Assembly: GCA_003164675.1 (NCBI GenBank)
Contig: PLTX01000092.1
Coordinates: forward strand, 2,296 to 66,295
DNA from: Verrucomicrobiota bacterium
Lineage (GTDB): Bacteria; Verrucomicrobiota; Verrucomicrobiia; Palsa-1439
Direction: 5' to 3'
Length of the DNA stretch: 64,000 nt
Shown here: positions 1 through 9,490 of the stretch, one piece after another
How the letters are laid out: every line of letters starts with the position of its first letter
Position numbering within the stretch: the first letter of the stretch is position 1
Program-made: the position numbers and the translations under genes
The notes under the pieces: model-generated
Seen by the model: the letters and a program-made list of their open reading frames with translations, nothing else
What the model was told of the DNA's origin: nothing
The model's database searches: none

Positions 1-2
1 TT

Positions 3-542
3 ATTAACCCGTTATGTTTCTATCTATCGCCGGTGGCATTGCTGGTGGTGTTTTTTTATTCGTTCACGAAACGATTCACGGATTTCTCACACGTGTTTCT
101 GGGACTGTCTTTGGGGATTGCACCACTCGGCGCGTGGCTGGCGGTGCGCGGACAGTTCGATTGGCCGCCGTGCGTGCTGGCGGGGGCCGTGGTGTTTTGG
201 TTGGTGGGATTCGACATTATTTACGCGACGCAGGATTACGAGTTTGACAAGTCGCAGGGGTTGCACTCGTTGCCGGCACGGCTGGGGATTGCGGGCAGCC
301 TGCAGACAGCGCAGGCGGCGCACGGGGTCACGGCGGTTTTGTTGCTGGCTTTCGGGTTGATTTCACATCTTCGCGTGCCATACTATTTTGGGTTGGCGAC
401 TATTCTGGTTTGTCTTGTCACGCAGCACGTACTGGCAAGAAAACAGGATCCCGTCAGCCTGAATGCGGCGTTTTTTCGGATGAATGCGATCATTAGCACC
501 GTGTTTCTCGGGGCAGTTGTGGTGGATGTGGTTTGGCGATGA
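3..542 (+). CDS. mqnP: UbiA-family polyprenyltransferase of the futalosine pathway, 5'-truncated by the window edge
   Basis: Frame open from base 3. Hydrophobic protein with YSFTKRFT and GFDIIYATQDYEFD UbiA motifs. ATGA overlap with mqnE. Confidence 0.85.
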   Translation: MNPLCFYLSPVALLVVFFYSFTKRFTDFSHVFLGLSLGIAPLGAWLAVRGQFDWPPCVLAGAVVFWLVGFDIIYATQDYEFDKSQGLHSLPARLGIAGSLQTAQAAHGVTAVLLLAFGLISHLRVPYYFGLATILVCLVTQHVLARKQDPVSLNAAFFRMNAIISTVFLGAVVVDVVWR

Positions 543-1741
543 ACAAATTGATCGAGCGGTCGGAGTTGCGGGACATTTGGGAGAAGGTTGACGCGGGACA
601 ACGTATCACCGAGGACGATTGTGCGCGGTTGTACCGCTCTCAGGATCTGGCCGCGATTGGCGCGATGGCAAACACGGTGCGCGAGCGCAAGAACAGCAAC
701 GTGGCGTACTACGTTCTCAATCGCCACATTAATTACTCCAACCTCTGCATTCTCGACTGCGATTTTTGCGCGTTCTATCGGCGGCGGCGCGATGCCGGTG
801 CCTACGAATACAACCTGCCGCAGATGATCGAGAAAGCGCAGGAGGCGCTCCAGCAAGGCATCACCGAGATTCACATCGTTGGCGGGCTGCATCCATCTTT
901 CAAATGGGACTATTACGTCGAGATGCTGCGATCGCTGAAGGCGCTCGACCCAAAACTGCATTTGAAGGCGTTCACAGCGATTGAGATCCTGCACCTCTCA
1001 TGGGTGGGCAAACGGAGTGTGCTGGAAACGCTGGCGGCATTGCGGGAAGCAGGACTCGGCTCGCTGACAGGCGGTGGGGCGGAAATTTTTGACCCCGAAG
1101 TTCGCAGCGTGATTTGTCACGCGAAGGAGTCCGCTGAGGAATGGGCCGATGTCCATCGCACGTGGCACAAGATGGGGGGGCGCTCGACCTGCACGATGCT
1201 GATCGGTCACGTGGAGAAAAACCATCATCGCGTGGACCATTTGCGGCGGTTGCGCGAACTGCAGGACGAGACCAACGGATTTACGGCGTTCGTGACACTG
1301 GCCTTTCATCCCGAGAACACGAAATTACCGCACCTGCCCGGGCCAAGCGGTTACGACATGCTCAAGACACTCGCGATCGCCCGCATTTACCTCGACAATA
1401 TCGACCACATCAAGGCGTACTGGATTCTCATGGGCATGAAACTGGCCCAAGTGTCATTGAGCTACGGTGTTGACGACCTTGACGGCACCGTTATCGAGGA
1501 GAAGATTTACCACATGGCCGGCGCGAAGACCCCGCAAGAAGTGGCGCGGGAAGAATTGGTAAAGGCGATCCGCGAAGCGGGACGAGAACCGGTCCAGCGA
1601 GACAGTTTGTATCGACCGGTCGTCCAGAAAGGTGGTGGCGGAGAGATGCGGGATGATCACGGGGCCGGCGCGCCCGGCGGTCATGCCCTGCCTGCGGCTT
1701 CAGCTTGTGTGGGCGCAAGCAACGAAGGAGGGGCAGCGTGA
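539..1741 (+). CDS. mqnE: Aminofutalosine synthase (radical SAM, CofH-like)
   Basis: HINYSNLCILDCDFC CxxxCxxC motif, EIHIVGGLHP, HIKAYW, DDLDGTVIEEKIYHMAGA. Context with mqnA and mqnC. Confidence 0.92.
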   Translation: MNKLIERSELRDIWEKVDAGQRITEDDCARLYRSQDLAAIGAMANTVRERKNSNVAYYVLNRHINYSNLCILDCDFCAFYRRRRDAGAYEYNLPQMIEKAQEALQQGITEIHIVGGLHPSFKWDYYVEMLRSLKALDPKLHLKAFTAIEILHLSWVGKRSVLETLAALREAGLGSLTGGGAEIFDPEVRSVICHAKESAEEWADVHRTWHKMGGRSTCTMLIGHVEKNHHRVDHLRRLRELQDETNGFTAFVTLAFHPENTKLPHLPGPSGYDMLKTLAIARIYLDNIDHIKAYWILMGMKLAQVSLSYGVDDLDGTVIEEKIYHMAGAKTPQEVAREELVKAIREAGREPVQRDSLYRPVVQKGGGGEMRDDHGAGAPGGHALPAASACVGASNEGGAA

Positions 1742-2505
1742 CCACAAAACCACGCATTGGAGGCATCTCGTATCTGAATGTGCGGCCGCTGGTGTATGGC
1801 ATTGAAGATCAAATAGGCTACTGCGAGCCGTCGCGACTGGCGGACCTGATGTATCGGAAGCAGTTCGACGTGGGGATCGTGCCCATTGCGGAAGCGCTGC
1901 TGCACGACCAGTACGACGTGCTTGATGGGATTGCAATCGCGGCGCGCGGGGCTGTGCGCAGCGTGTTCCTGACGCACCGCGTGCCACTGGAGAAGATCCA
2001 GCGTGTAGCGGTGACACCAGCGTCGCGTACGTCCGTGTGGTTGCTCCGCGTGTTGTTGAAGGTGGGATACCATATCGAGCCGGAGTTCTATCCGCGACCA
2101 CCTGGAGCAAAGCTGAGCGATCACGAGGCGATGTTGCTGATCGGTGACGAAGCGATTTGGTACGCGACGCGCAACGGGAAACAGCCACTGTGGGACCTCG
2201 GCGCGGCATGGGTGGAGATGACGGGATTACCATTCGTATTTGCCGCGTGGGCGTTTCAGCGCGACGTGGAGAAGGCGGAACTGGCGGGGCTTCTGCGTAG
2301 CGCGAAGGCCAACGGGCTGGCGCATATCGAGCAGATTGTGCAGGATGCGACCGAAGCCACGCCGGAATTTCTTCGCGACTATTACTCGAACTGCGTCTGG
2401 TATAATTTGGGGGATGACGAGAAACAGGGGATTCGACGGTTCCAACAATACTTGAAGGAAATGGGATTGGTGAGCAGCAGTCATGATCTACGATACGTCC
2501 CTTGA
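1738..2505 (+). CDS. mqnA: Chorismate dehydratase (MqnA/MqnD family)
   Basis: ISYLNVRPL, SRTSV, LLIGDEA and DLGAAW..TGLPFVFAAW motifs. GTG start overlaps the mqnE stop and has a GGAGG SD. Confidence 0.92.
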   Translation: MTTKPRIGGISYLNVRPLVYGIEDQIGYCEPSRLADLMYRKQFDVGIVPIAEALLHDQYDVLDGIAIAARGAVRSVFLTHRVPLEKIQRVAVTPASRTSVWLLRVLLKVGYHIEPEFYPRPPGAKLSDHEAMLLIGDEAIWYATRNGKQPLWDLGAAWVEMTGLPFVFAAWAFQRDVEKAELAGLLRSAKANGLAHIEQIVQDATEATPEFLRDYYSNCVWYNLGDDEKQGIRRFQQYLKEMGLVSSSHDLRYVP

Positions 2506-3556
2506 CATTATCCAGGGCAAGGTGCTTGACGGCGTACGGATCTCAGGCGAGGAAGCAGTGCGGCTGTATCAGGCGCTGACGTTATCCGAATTGGGCACGC
2601 TGGCTGACGTCGTGCGCGAACGGAAGCATCCGGAACGAAAAGTCACGTACATCATCGACCGCAATATCAACTACACGAACGTGTGCGATGTGTACTGCAC
2701 ATTTTGTGCGTTCATGCGTGAAGAGCGGGACGACGATTCGTACGTGCTCACACCCGAGCAGGTGGGCGCGAAGATTCAGGAACTCGTGGCCATTGGCGGC
2801 GTGCAGATCTTGATGCAGGGCGGTCACCATCCCAAGCTTGGGATCGATTACTATCTGAACTTGTTGCAGTACATCCGTCGCAATTTCCCACAGGTGAATA
2901 TCCACGGCTTTTCGCCGCCCGAATTCAATCACTTTGCCGAGGTGTTCCAGATGTCGGTGGAAGAAGTGATTCGACGTTTCAAGGAAGCGGGACTCGGCTC
3001 GATTCCCGGCGGCGGGGGCGAGATCCTGGTGGACCGCGTACGCCGGCGCATTTCGCCGCTCAAGTGCATGAGCGACGAATGGCTGCGCGTGATGGAGATC
3101 GCGCACGGGATGGGATTGAACTCATCGGCGACGATGATGTTCGGGCACGTGGAGACTATTGAAGACCGTGTCGAGCACCTGCAACGGCTGCGCGACCTGC
3201 AGGACCGCACGCACGGGTTTACCGCCTTCATTTGCTGGTCCTTCCAGAGCGAGAACACGCGGCTCAAGGTGCCATCGGTTGGCGCGCATGAGTATCTGCG
3301 GATGCAGGCATTGGCGCGAATCTTTCTTGATAATTTTGACAACGTGCAATCCAGTTGGGTGACGCAAGGGCCGCAAATCGGGCAGGTCGCGCTCAAGTTC
3401 GGCGCGAATGATTTTGGCAGCGTGATGATGGAAGAGAATGTCGTGTCGCAGGCCGGGGCGACATTCCGCATCGACGAGGCCACAATGCAGCGATTGGTTC
3501 GCGAGATGGGATATGAGCCGCATCGCCGCAACAATTGGTATCAACTGTTGAATTAG
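2483..3556 (+). CDS. mqnC: Cyclic dehypoxanthinyl futalosine synthase (radical SAM)
   Basis: YIIDRNINYTNVCDVYCTFC, QILMQGGHHP, QSSWVTQG, NDFGSVMMEENVV. Confidence 0.93.
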   Translation: MIYDTSLDIIQGKVLDGVRISGEEAVRLYQALTLSELGTLADVVRERKHPERKVTYIIDRNINYTNVCDVYCTFCAFMREERDDDSYVLTPEQVGAKIQELVAIGGVQILMQGGHHPKLGIDYYLNLLQYIRRNFPQVNIHGFSPPEFNHFAEVFQMSVEEVIRRFKEAGLGSIPGGGGEILVDRVRRRISPLKCMSDEWLRVMEIAHGMGLNSSATMMFGHVETIEDRVEHLQRLRDLQDRTHGFTAFICWSFQSENTRLKVPSVGAHEYLRMQALARIFLDNFDNVQSSWVTQGPQIGQVALKFGANDFGSVMMEENVVSQAGATFRIDEATMQRLVREMGYEPHRRNNWYQLLN

Positions 3557-3571
3557 GAAGAGACACACTGG

Positions 3572-4207
3572 ATGGACAAGATCAAGACGATCCTGCTGTT
3601 TGGGGCCCCGGGCAGCGGCAAGGGGACGCAAGGCAAGATGCTGGGGACGTTGCCCGGCTTTCGCCATCTCGCATGCGGTGACGTGTTTCGCTCGATTGAC
3701 CTCAACAGTGAGGTCGGCAAGGTGTTCCTGCAGTACTCGAGCAAGGGCAAACTCGTTCCCGACGACTTCACGGTGCGATTATGGCGGGAGCACATCGGCA
3801 AGCTGATTCACACGGGCGCGTTCCGGCCCGAAAGCACCGTGTTGATACTGGACGGCATTCCGCGCAACGTGCACCAAGCGACGATGCTCGATCAATACAT
3901 CGAAGTGGTGAAGTTGATTGCCTTGCGCGCGACGCATGATCGCGAAGAAATGATCCGCCGGCTGAAGTCTCGCGCCCTGAAGGAAAACCGTCTCGACGAT
4001 GCCAGTGAGAAGACGATCCAGCATCGTCTGGACGTTTACGATATGGAATCGCGGCCGGTACTTGCGTGTTATCCAAAGGAGGTACGCGTGGATGTCGATG
4101 CCCTCCAGACACCTATCGAAGTGGCACACGACATTCTGAGCGCGATTCTCGGTCGCTTGCAGGAAATGCGCGAAGTGCCGCCACCTGCAATGGCGGAAAA
4201 GAGCTAA
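3572..4207 (+). CDS. adk: Adenylate kinase (short-LID type)
   Basis: P-loop GAPGSGKGTQ, GDVFR, GKLVPD, LDGIPR, RLDD. No Zn-binding LID. Confidence 0.88.
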   Translation: MDKIKTILLFGAPGSGKGTQGKMLGTLPGFRHLACGDVFRSIDLNSEVGKVFLQYSSKGKLVPDDFTVRLWREHIGKLIHTGAFRPESTVLILDGIPRNVHQATMLDQYIEVVKLIALRATHDREEMIRRLKSRALKENRLDDASEKTIQHRLDVYDMESRPVLACYPKEVRVDVDALQTPIEVAHDILSAILGRLQEMREVPPPAMAEKS

Positions 4208-4444
4208 CCGTTCATTCATAGCGCATCTTATGGTGGCGCAACACCTTGCGCTTGACGCAGTAGTCGTTTTGATTCAGGCTGCCGCATCGCAGTGGACGTT
4301 ACAGCAACCTGTAACCGTGGATGGTGTTAAACAGTCTGTAATCAAGCAAAGGACAATCGGGGATGTGTTCTGTTGTAAGGCAGGACAAGGCGCTCGGGGC
4401 ATCTCCGATGGAAATCATATCCGGGCCGATTCGGAGGACAGACG

Positions 4445-5173
4445 ATGAAGATGAGGATGTGTTTAGCGGTTGGTGCAGTGACCGCGATCATGGGAGGGAC
4501 TGGTGCCTTCGCGGCGGAAACGAATCACATATTTCGGACGCCAGCGGCATTCAAGGGAGTGATCCAGGGCGTGGTCGGAGGTAAGCCGGCGTACGAGTTT
4601 CAAGACTTCATCGGGGCCGATCTGGTGAATCTCGCGCTCGGCACGCCCATCGGCACGGTGCGCACCAACGAAGTGCTCGCGCTGGAAGTTGCCTGCGACA
4701 GCGGCAGCGCAGAATTGGTTGTTTTTGACAAGGCGACCGGCAGCAACCTTGTCACGATCGCCACCAGCTCGAAGATCACCGTTGTCCAGCAGCAGAGCGA
4801 AGCCAGCGCCGCGTTCCCAGACCGTGAGCGGTTCGCGACAGAAATGGTCGTTGCCGCCGTTGGCAGCAGCACCAATGCATTGCTGAGCGGCTTCCTGGAC
4901 ATGGCGGGCCGTCTGTATCTCAATCCGACGAACGGCTGCCCGCGAGCCGTGCTGGTGGACACGGATCGTAAGCAGGACAGTGCCTGTGGCGACCCCAAGG
5001 CAGTCACGGACACGATTGATAAGAACCTCAACAAAGTCAAAGGTCTTGCGAAGTTTGCGGGCCGCGGGCACTTCCACGGCGCATTCGACGCTATCATTGC
5101 GGACCAGACAAACACGGTGGTCGTACCAGACGGATCGCTCAGCATCGACCGTCAACTCGCTACGTCTCCGTAG
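4445..5173 (+). CDS. Hypothetical secreted protein
   Basis: GGAGG SD, signal peptide ending GAFA-A, followed by a terminator. No recognisable domain. Confidence 0.75.
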   Translation: MKMRMCLAVGAVTAIMGGTGAFAAETNHIFRTPAAFKGVIQGVVGGKPAYEFQDFIGADLVNLALGTPIGTVRTNEVLALEVACDSGSAELVVFDKATGSNLVTIATSSKITVVQQQSEASAAFPDRERFATEMVVAAVGSSTNALLSGFLDMAGRLYLNPTNGCPRAVLVDTDRKQDSACGDPKAVTDTIDKNLNKVKGLAKFAGRGHFHGAFDAIIADQTNTVVVPDGSLSIDRQLATSP

Positions 5174-5200
5174 TCTCTGACACAGAAGTTATTTGCACAG

Positions 5201-5238
5201 GACGGGCAGGCGTTGCGGCGTCTGCCCGTTTTGTTTTG
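5201..5238 (+). terminator. Rho-independent terminator
   Basis: GACGGGCAGGCG / CGTCTGCCCGTT stem followed by TTGTTTT, just after the 5173 stop. Confidence 0.8.
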
Positions 5239-5290
5239 CTCGCGCACTTGTGTTCAACCACTGGCTCTGCTAGTGCTGACGAAAGCAAAC

Positions 5291-6208
5291 ATGCGCATCG
5301 CATTCATGGGAACCGCAGAACTGGCCGTCCCGTGCCTCGAAGCCGTGGCGAAAATGCCCGGCCACGAGGTCGTCGCCGTTGTCACCCAGCCCGATCGCCC
5401 GAAAGGCCGTGACCTCAAGCCGTCGCCGCCACCCGTGAAAGTCGCCGCCGAACGCCTCGGGTTTCCCGTTCAGCAACCGCTGAAAATCCGCGAGCCGGCG
5501 GCGATTGATTCCGTGCGCGCCATGCGGCCTGATCTCGTCATCATCGTCGCGTACGGACAAATTCTTCCGAAATCGGTTCTGGAAATCCCGCGCTTCGGAT
5601 GCGTAAACGTCCACACGTCGTTACTGCCACGCTGGCGTGGGGCTGCGCCGATCCAACACGCCATTCTCCACGGCGATCGCGAAACGGGAGTCACCACGAT
5701 GTACATCGACGAACACATGGACACCGGTGACATTATTCTGCAGCGGTCGGAACCCATTCGCGCTGACGACACCAGCGCTACGCTACACGACCGTCTGGCG
5801 AAACTTGGGGCCGAGTTGCTCGTGGAAACGGTCGCGCAGGTCGCCGAGGGAAAAGCCCCGCGGGCGAAACAAGACGAGATCTCCGCCACCTATGCGAAGA
5901 AGATTGCGAAAGAAGATGGACGCGTCGACTGGACGCGTTCCGCTATCGAGATCGAGCGGCAAGTGCGCGCGTTCAATCCATGGCCGAGCGCCTACACGCA
6001 GTTGGGCGACCTGATGTTGAAAATCTGGAAAGCTGAGGTCGTCGAGAACGTCATCGGCAACCCGGGCGAAGTCCTTGCTGATTTCGTCGTCGCCACCGGC
6101 CGCGGCGGCCTACGCATCCTCGAACTCCAACCCGCCAATAGTAAGCGCATGGCTGTTGATGCGTTTTTGCGAGGGCACCCGGTCAAGTGCGGGACTGTGA
6201 TGGGGTAG
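5291..6208 (+). CDS. fmt: Methionyl-tRNA formyltransferase
   Basis: MRIAFMGT, VVTQPDRPKGR, VAYGQIL, NVHTSLLPRWRGAAPIQ, RAFNPWP. Confidence 0.96.
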   Translation: MRIAFMGTAELAVPCLEAVAKMPGHEVVAVVTQPDRPKGRDLKPSPPPVKVAAERLGFPVQQPLKIREPAAIDSVRAMRPDLVIIVAYGQILPKSVLEIPRFGCVNVHTSLLPRWRGAAPIQHAILHGDRETGVTTMYIDEHMDTGDIILQRSEPIRADDTSATLHDRLAKLGAELLVETVAQVAEGKAPRAKQDEISATYAKKIAKEDGRVDWTRSAIEIERQVRAFNPWPSAYTQLGDLMLKIWKAEVVENVIGNPGEVLADFVVATGRGGLRILELQPANSKRMAVDAFLRGHPVKCGTVMG

Positions 6209-6249
6209 TCGGCGACATGCTTCTCGGGCCGGTGCCGTAACCAGTCGGC

Positions 6250-6277
6250 TTGCGCATCGGGTGGGGACGGCTACAAT
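6250..6277 (+). promoter_or_regulatory. Candidate sigma70 promoter for a leaderless or short-leader mRNA
   Basis: TTGCGC-16-TACAAT, 8 nt before ATG 6286, no SD. Confidence 0.45.
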
Positions 6278-6285
6278 GGCGGGCG

Positions 6286-8328
6286 ATGCAGACCGCTTCG
6301 GATCGTGACGGATTCAGCTGGCTTCGCCCGGAATTCAAACGACTTCTCGCCATTCTTTGGGTCGTTGGGCTGGCTCTCGTTTATCTGATCCGCTGTGGCG
6401 CCTGGGTGCTGCCGTTGCAGCTTGCGGCAATCATCAACACGTCGATGCCTGCGCTTTGCGTTGGCCCGCACTTCCGTGAATTCTGGACTGCGCGGATGTA
6501 TGACGTCGGATGCGTTGTCGCCATTGTGGCCGCGTCGCTGGGTTTGGGCGCAATGGTGGCAGGCCGGCTGATTACCCGTCGAGACGTGCTCGGCATGCTG
6601 TTTGCGCTGGGGGTTGGTCTTTGGTTTCTGGCGGTGCTGGTACTCGTCACAGGGGCAGCATCCATTGCGAAAGTCCCGTACACGTTTCTGACACTGGCAT
6701 GCTGGCTTTTGCCAGCACCGAGGAAATTTGTTGGCGATTTTTATGTGTCAACGGAATGCACCGACAGTTGGGCGAAGCTGATGCTCGCATGCATCCTCCT
6801 TGCCGCCGCGCTCAATCTCGCGGGCGCGCTGGCGCCGCCGTTCGAGTATGACGAACTCGAATACCACCTCGGCGCGCTGGCGGACTACCAACGCGCAGGC
6901 CGTATCGTGTTCCTGCCGCACAATTTCTACTCGAACATGCCGCAGTTGGCCGAAATGTTGTATCTGCTGGCGAGGACGACGACGTCGGATATCGCGGCGA
7001 AACTATTGCATTGGTTGTTCGGCCTGCTTGCTGCGGCGGCGGTATATGGTATAGCGCAACGGCTCTGGTCGAAGTCGGCGGGACTGACGGCTGCGGCACT
7101 GTTCTATTGCACGCCATTCATGCAGGAACTTGGCCAGACGGCGCGGATCGATCTGGCGACGGCGTTCTTCGCGACTCTGGCGTTCGGGGCTCTCGTGTTG
7201 TGGGTGGAGGAAGAAGAGAAGAGGGACCTTCTATGGCTGTCGGCCCTTGGCGTTGGCGGGGCGGTGGCAACGAAATGGCCAGCGCTTGCGGTGGTGTTGT
7301 TTCCTGCGGCAGCAGGATTGGTTTTTCGTCGGAAGTATCGTTTGCTCGCCGGGTTCTGCCTGGTCACGGTCGCCATGGTCGCGCCATGGTTGGTGAAGAA
7401 CTGGCTGCTGACGGGCAACCCGGTGTATCCGTTGTTATATCGGTGGTTCCCAAACCCGCATTGGAGCGCAGGACAGGCGCTGGTATTCTCGGAGAGACAC
7501 GCGCCGACGTTTGGATTGGCGACCGTTGGGGAATTGTTTACGCTGCCGTGGAAGTATTCGTTCGTCGAAGCCGGAGCGGTCCCATTGTTGCTGCTGACGA
7601 TGCCGCTGCTGCTTTTGGTCCCGCGTGCGGAACCAGCGGCAAGACGTGCCGGATGGTTGTTCGTGGGCTCGTACGCGGGGTGGTTTTGTTTCACGTTTCG
7701 ACCGTGGCGGTTCTTGTTTCCGGCATTTGGTGTGGGAGCAGTCACCGCCGCCTTTGCCATGGAGAAACTGGGTCGGGATGCAATGGTGCGAATCACGACG
7801 CGCGTTTCCGTCGGACTTGTGATGGCGGCCAGCCTCGCGTCGCTGGCGTTGAATGATTTGGTGGACACGTCGAACCCACAACGTGTGCCGCCGCAGTTCA
7901 GTTTTGTGCAATATGACCTTGGTCAGTTTACAAGCGATGAGTTTCTCGCGCGCGTCGGCAACGGAGTATTGGAGCCGACCCTTTGGATGAATGAACATCT
8001 GCCCGCTGATGCCAAGGTGCTCTACGTCGGAGAAGCCCGCGCATATTATGCAAAGCAATTGGTCGTGTATAGCACGGCGTTTGATCAGAATCCGTTGACG
8101 GCGATGTCGCGTGCGGCGAAGACGCCCGAAGAACTGCTAGCGGCGTTGCAGGCGCAAGGAATCACCCACGTCTACGTGAATTATTCGGAGTTGGATCGCC
8201 TGCGGCATGGCTATGATTATATGAGGGAGGCAAATTGGAGTCTGATTCAAGAGGCACTGGATCAAGAGCAAATTGCGAAAGCGGTTCACGCCTCCGGGCG
8301 GCGAATCGTGTATGAATTGGAAAAGTAG
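6286..8328 (+). CDS. Polytopic GT-C glycosyltransferase (ArnT/PMT-like, GT39-related)
   Basis: Many TM segments, YDELEYHL acidic loop motif, PWLVKNWLLTGNPVYP, periplasmic C-terminal LQAQGITHVYVN domain. Confidence 0.8.
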   Translation: MQTASDRDGFSWLRPEFKRLLAILWVVGLALVYLIRCGAWVLPLQLAAIINTSMPALCVGPHFREFWTARMYDVGCVVAIVAASLGLGAMVAGRLITRRDVLGMLFALGVGLWFLAVLVLVTGAASIAKVPYTFLTLACWLLPAPRKFVGDFYVSTECTDSWAKLMLACILLAAALNLAGALAPPFEYDELEYHLGALADYQRAGRIVFLPHNFYSNMPQLAEMLYLLARTTTSDIAAKLLHWLFGLLAAAAVYGIAQRLWSKSAGLTAAALFYCTPFMQELGQTARIDLATAFFATLAFGALVLWVEEEEKRDLLWLSALGVGGAVATKWPALAVVLFPAAAGLVFRRKYRLLAGFCLVTVAMVAPWLVKNWLLTGNPVYPLLYRWFPNPHWSAGQALVFSERHAPTFGLATVGELFTLPWKYSFVEAGAVPLLLLTMPLLLLVPRAEPAARRAGWLFVGSYAGWFCFTFRPWRFLFPAFGVGAVTAAFAMEKLGRDAMVRITTRVSVGLVMAASLASLALNDLVDTSNPQRVPPQFSFVQYDLGQFTSDEFLARVGNGVLEPTLWMNEHLPADAKVLYVGEARAYYAKQLVVYSTAFDQNPLTAMSRAAKTPEELLAALQAQGITHVYVNYSELDRLRHGYDYMREANWSLIQEALDQEQIAKAVHASGRRIVYELEK

Positions 8329-8331
8329 GTA

Positions 8332-9489
8332 ATGAGGATTTGTCACGTCATCACGAGATTGATCGTCGGTGGAGCACAGGAGAATACCGTGTCCACGTGC
8401 ATCGGGCTGCGGAAACTCGGCCACGAGGTGGATCTGGTCATCGGTCCGCAGGCCGGACCGGAAGGCTCGCTCTACAATCAGGCGAAGGCTGCGGGTGTGC
8501 CGATCACGATCGTGGATGAGTTGCGACGCACACCGAATCCGTGGCTGGACATGAGCGCGTGCCGCGCCTTGCGACATCTGTTCACGGGCAGGCGATACGC
8601 GGTAGTCCACACGCACAGCGGGAAGGCGGGGCTGGCGGGACGCGTGGCGGCAAGGTTGGCGCGTGTGCCGATCATCGTGCACACCATTCACGGCCCGTCG
8701 TTTTACCGTTACCAGAATCCGGCAGGGAACTGGGCGTTTCGCTGGGCGGAGCAAATTGCCGGCGCCTGCACGACACAGTTTGTGTCAGTTGCGGACGCCA
8801 TGACCGACCAATACCTCGCGGCAGGGATCGGGACGCCGGATCGGTACGTCACGATCCATAGCGGGATGGACATCGATGCTTTTGTGGAGGCGCGCCGTGA
8901 CGATTCCCTGCGCGAATCGCTCGGCATTTCGGAAACCGACCTGGTGGTCGGCAAGATCGCGCGGTTGTTTCGGATGAAGGGGCATGAGTTTCTGTTCGCG
9001 GCGGCGCCACGTATCGTCGCTGCCGTGCCCAACGTGAAGTTTCTGTTGGTCGGCGACGGTATGTACCGCGAGCGTTTTGAGTGGCTGGTCGCGAAAATGG
9101 GGTTGCTGAGTCATTTTGTGTTTGTGGGCCTGGTGCCGCCGCAGGAGATTCCACGCTACATGGCGTCGATGGACCTGCTGGTGCACCTGTCGTTGCGCGA
9201 GGGACTGCCACGAGCGTTGCCCCAAGCGCTGGCATGTGGCAAGCCGGTCGTCGCGTTCGACGTCGATGGGGCGCGCGAGGTGTGCCTCGACGGTGAAACG
9301 GGGTTGCTCGTGCGCGCCGGGGACGTGAACGCACTGGCTGATGCCGTGATTCGGTTGTTGCAGGACGCCGAATTGGCGCATAGAATGGGCGAACAGGGCA
9401 CGGAGTTGGTCAAGGAGCGGTTTTCGGAGGCGCGAATGGTGCAACAACTTGACGAGTTGTACCGGCGGTTGTGGGCCGCGCGACACTGA
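8332..9489 (+). CDS. Glycosyltransferase family 4
   Basis: HVITRLIVGGAQ, VHTHSGKAG, HTIHG, SLREGLPRALPQALACGKPVV. Confidence 0.92.
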   Translation: MRICHVITRLIVGGAQENTVSTCIGLRKLGHEVDLVIGPQAGPEGSLYNQAKAAGVPITIVDELRRTPNPWLDMSACRALRHLFTGRRYAVVHTHSGKAGLAGRVAARLARVPIIVHTIHGPSFYRYQNPAGNWAFRWAEQIAGACTTQFVSVADAMTDQYLAAGIGTPDRYVTIHSGMDIDAFVEARRDDSLRESLGISETDLVVGKIARLFRMKGHEFLFAAAPRIVAAVPNVKFLLVGDGMYRERFEWLVAKMGLLSHFVFVGLVPPQEIPRYMASMDLLVHLSLREGLPRALPQALACGKPVVAFDVDGAREVCLDGETGLLVRAGDVNALADAVIRLLQDAELAHRMGEQGTELVKERFSEARMVQQLDELYRRLWAARH

Positions 9490-9490
9490 C

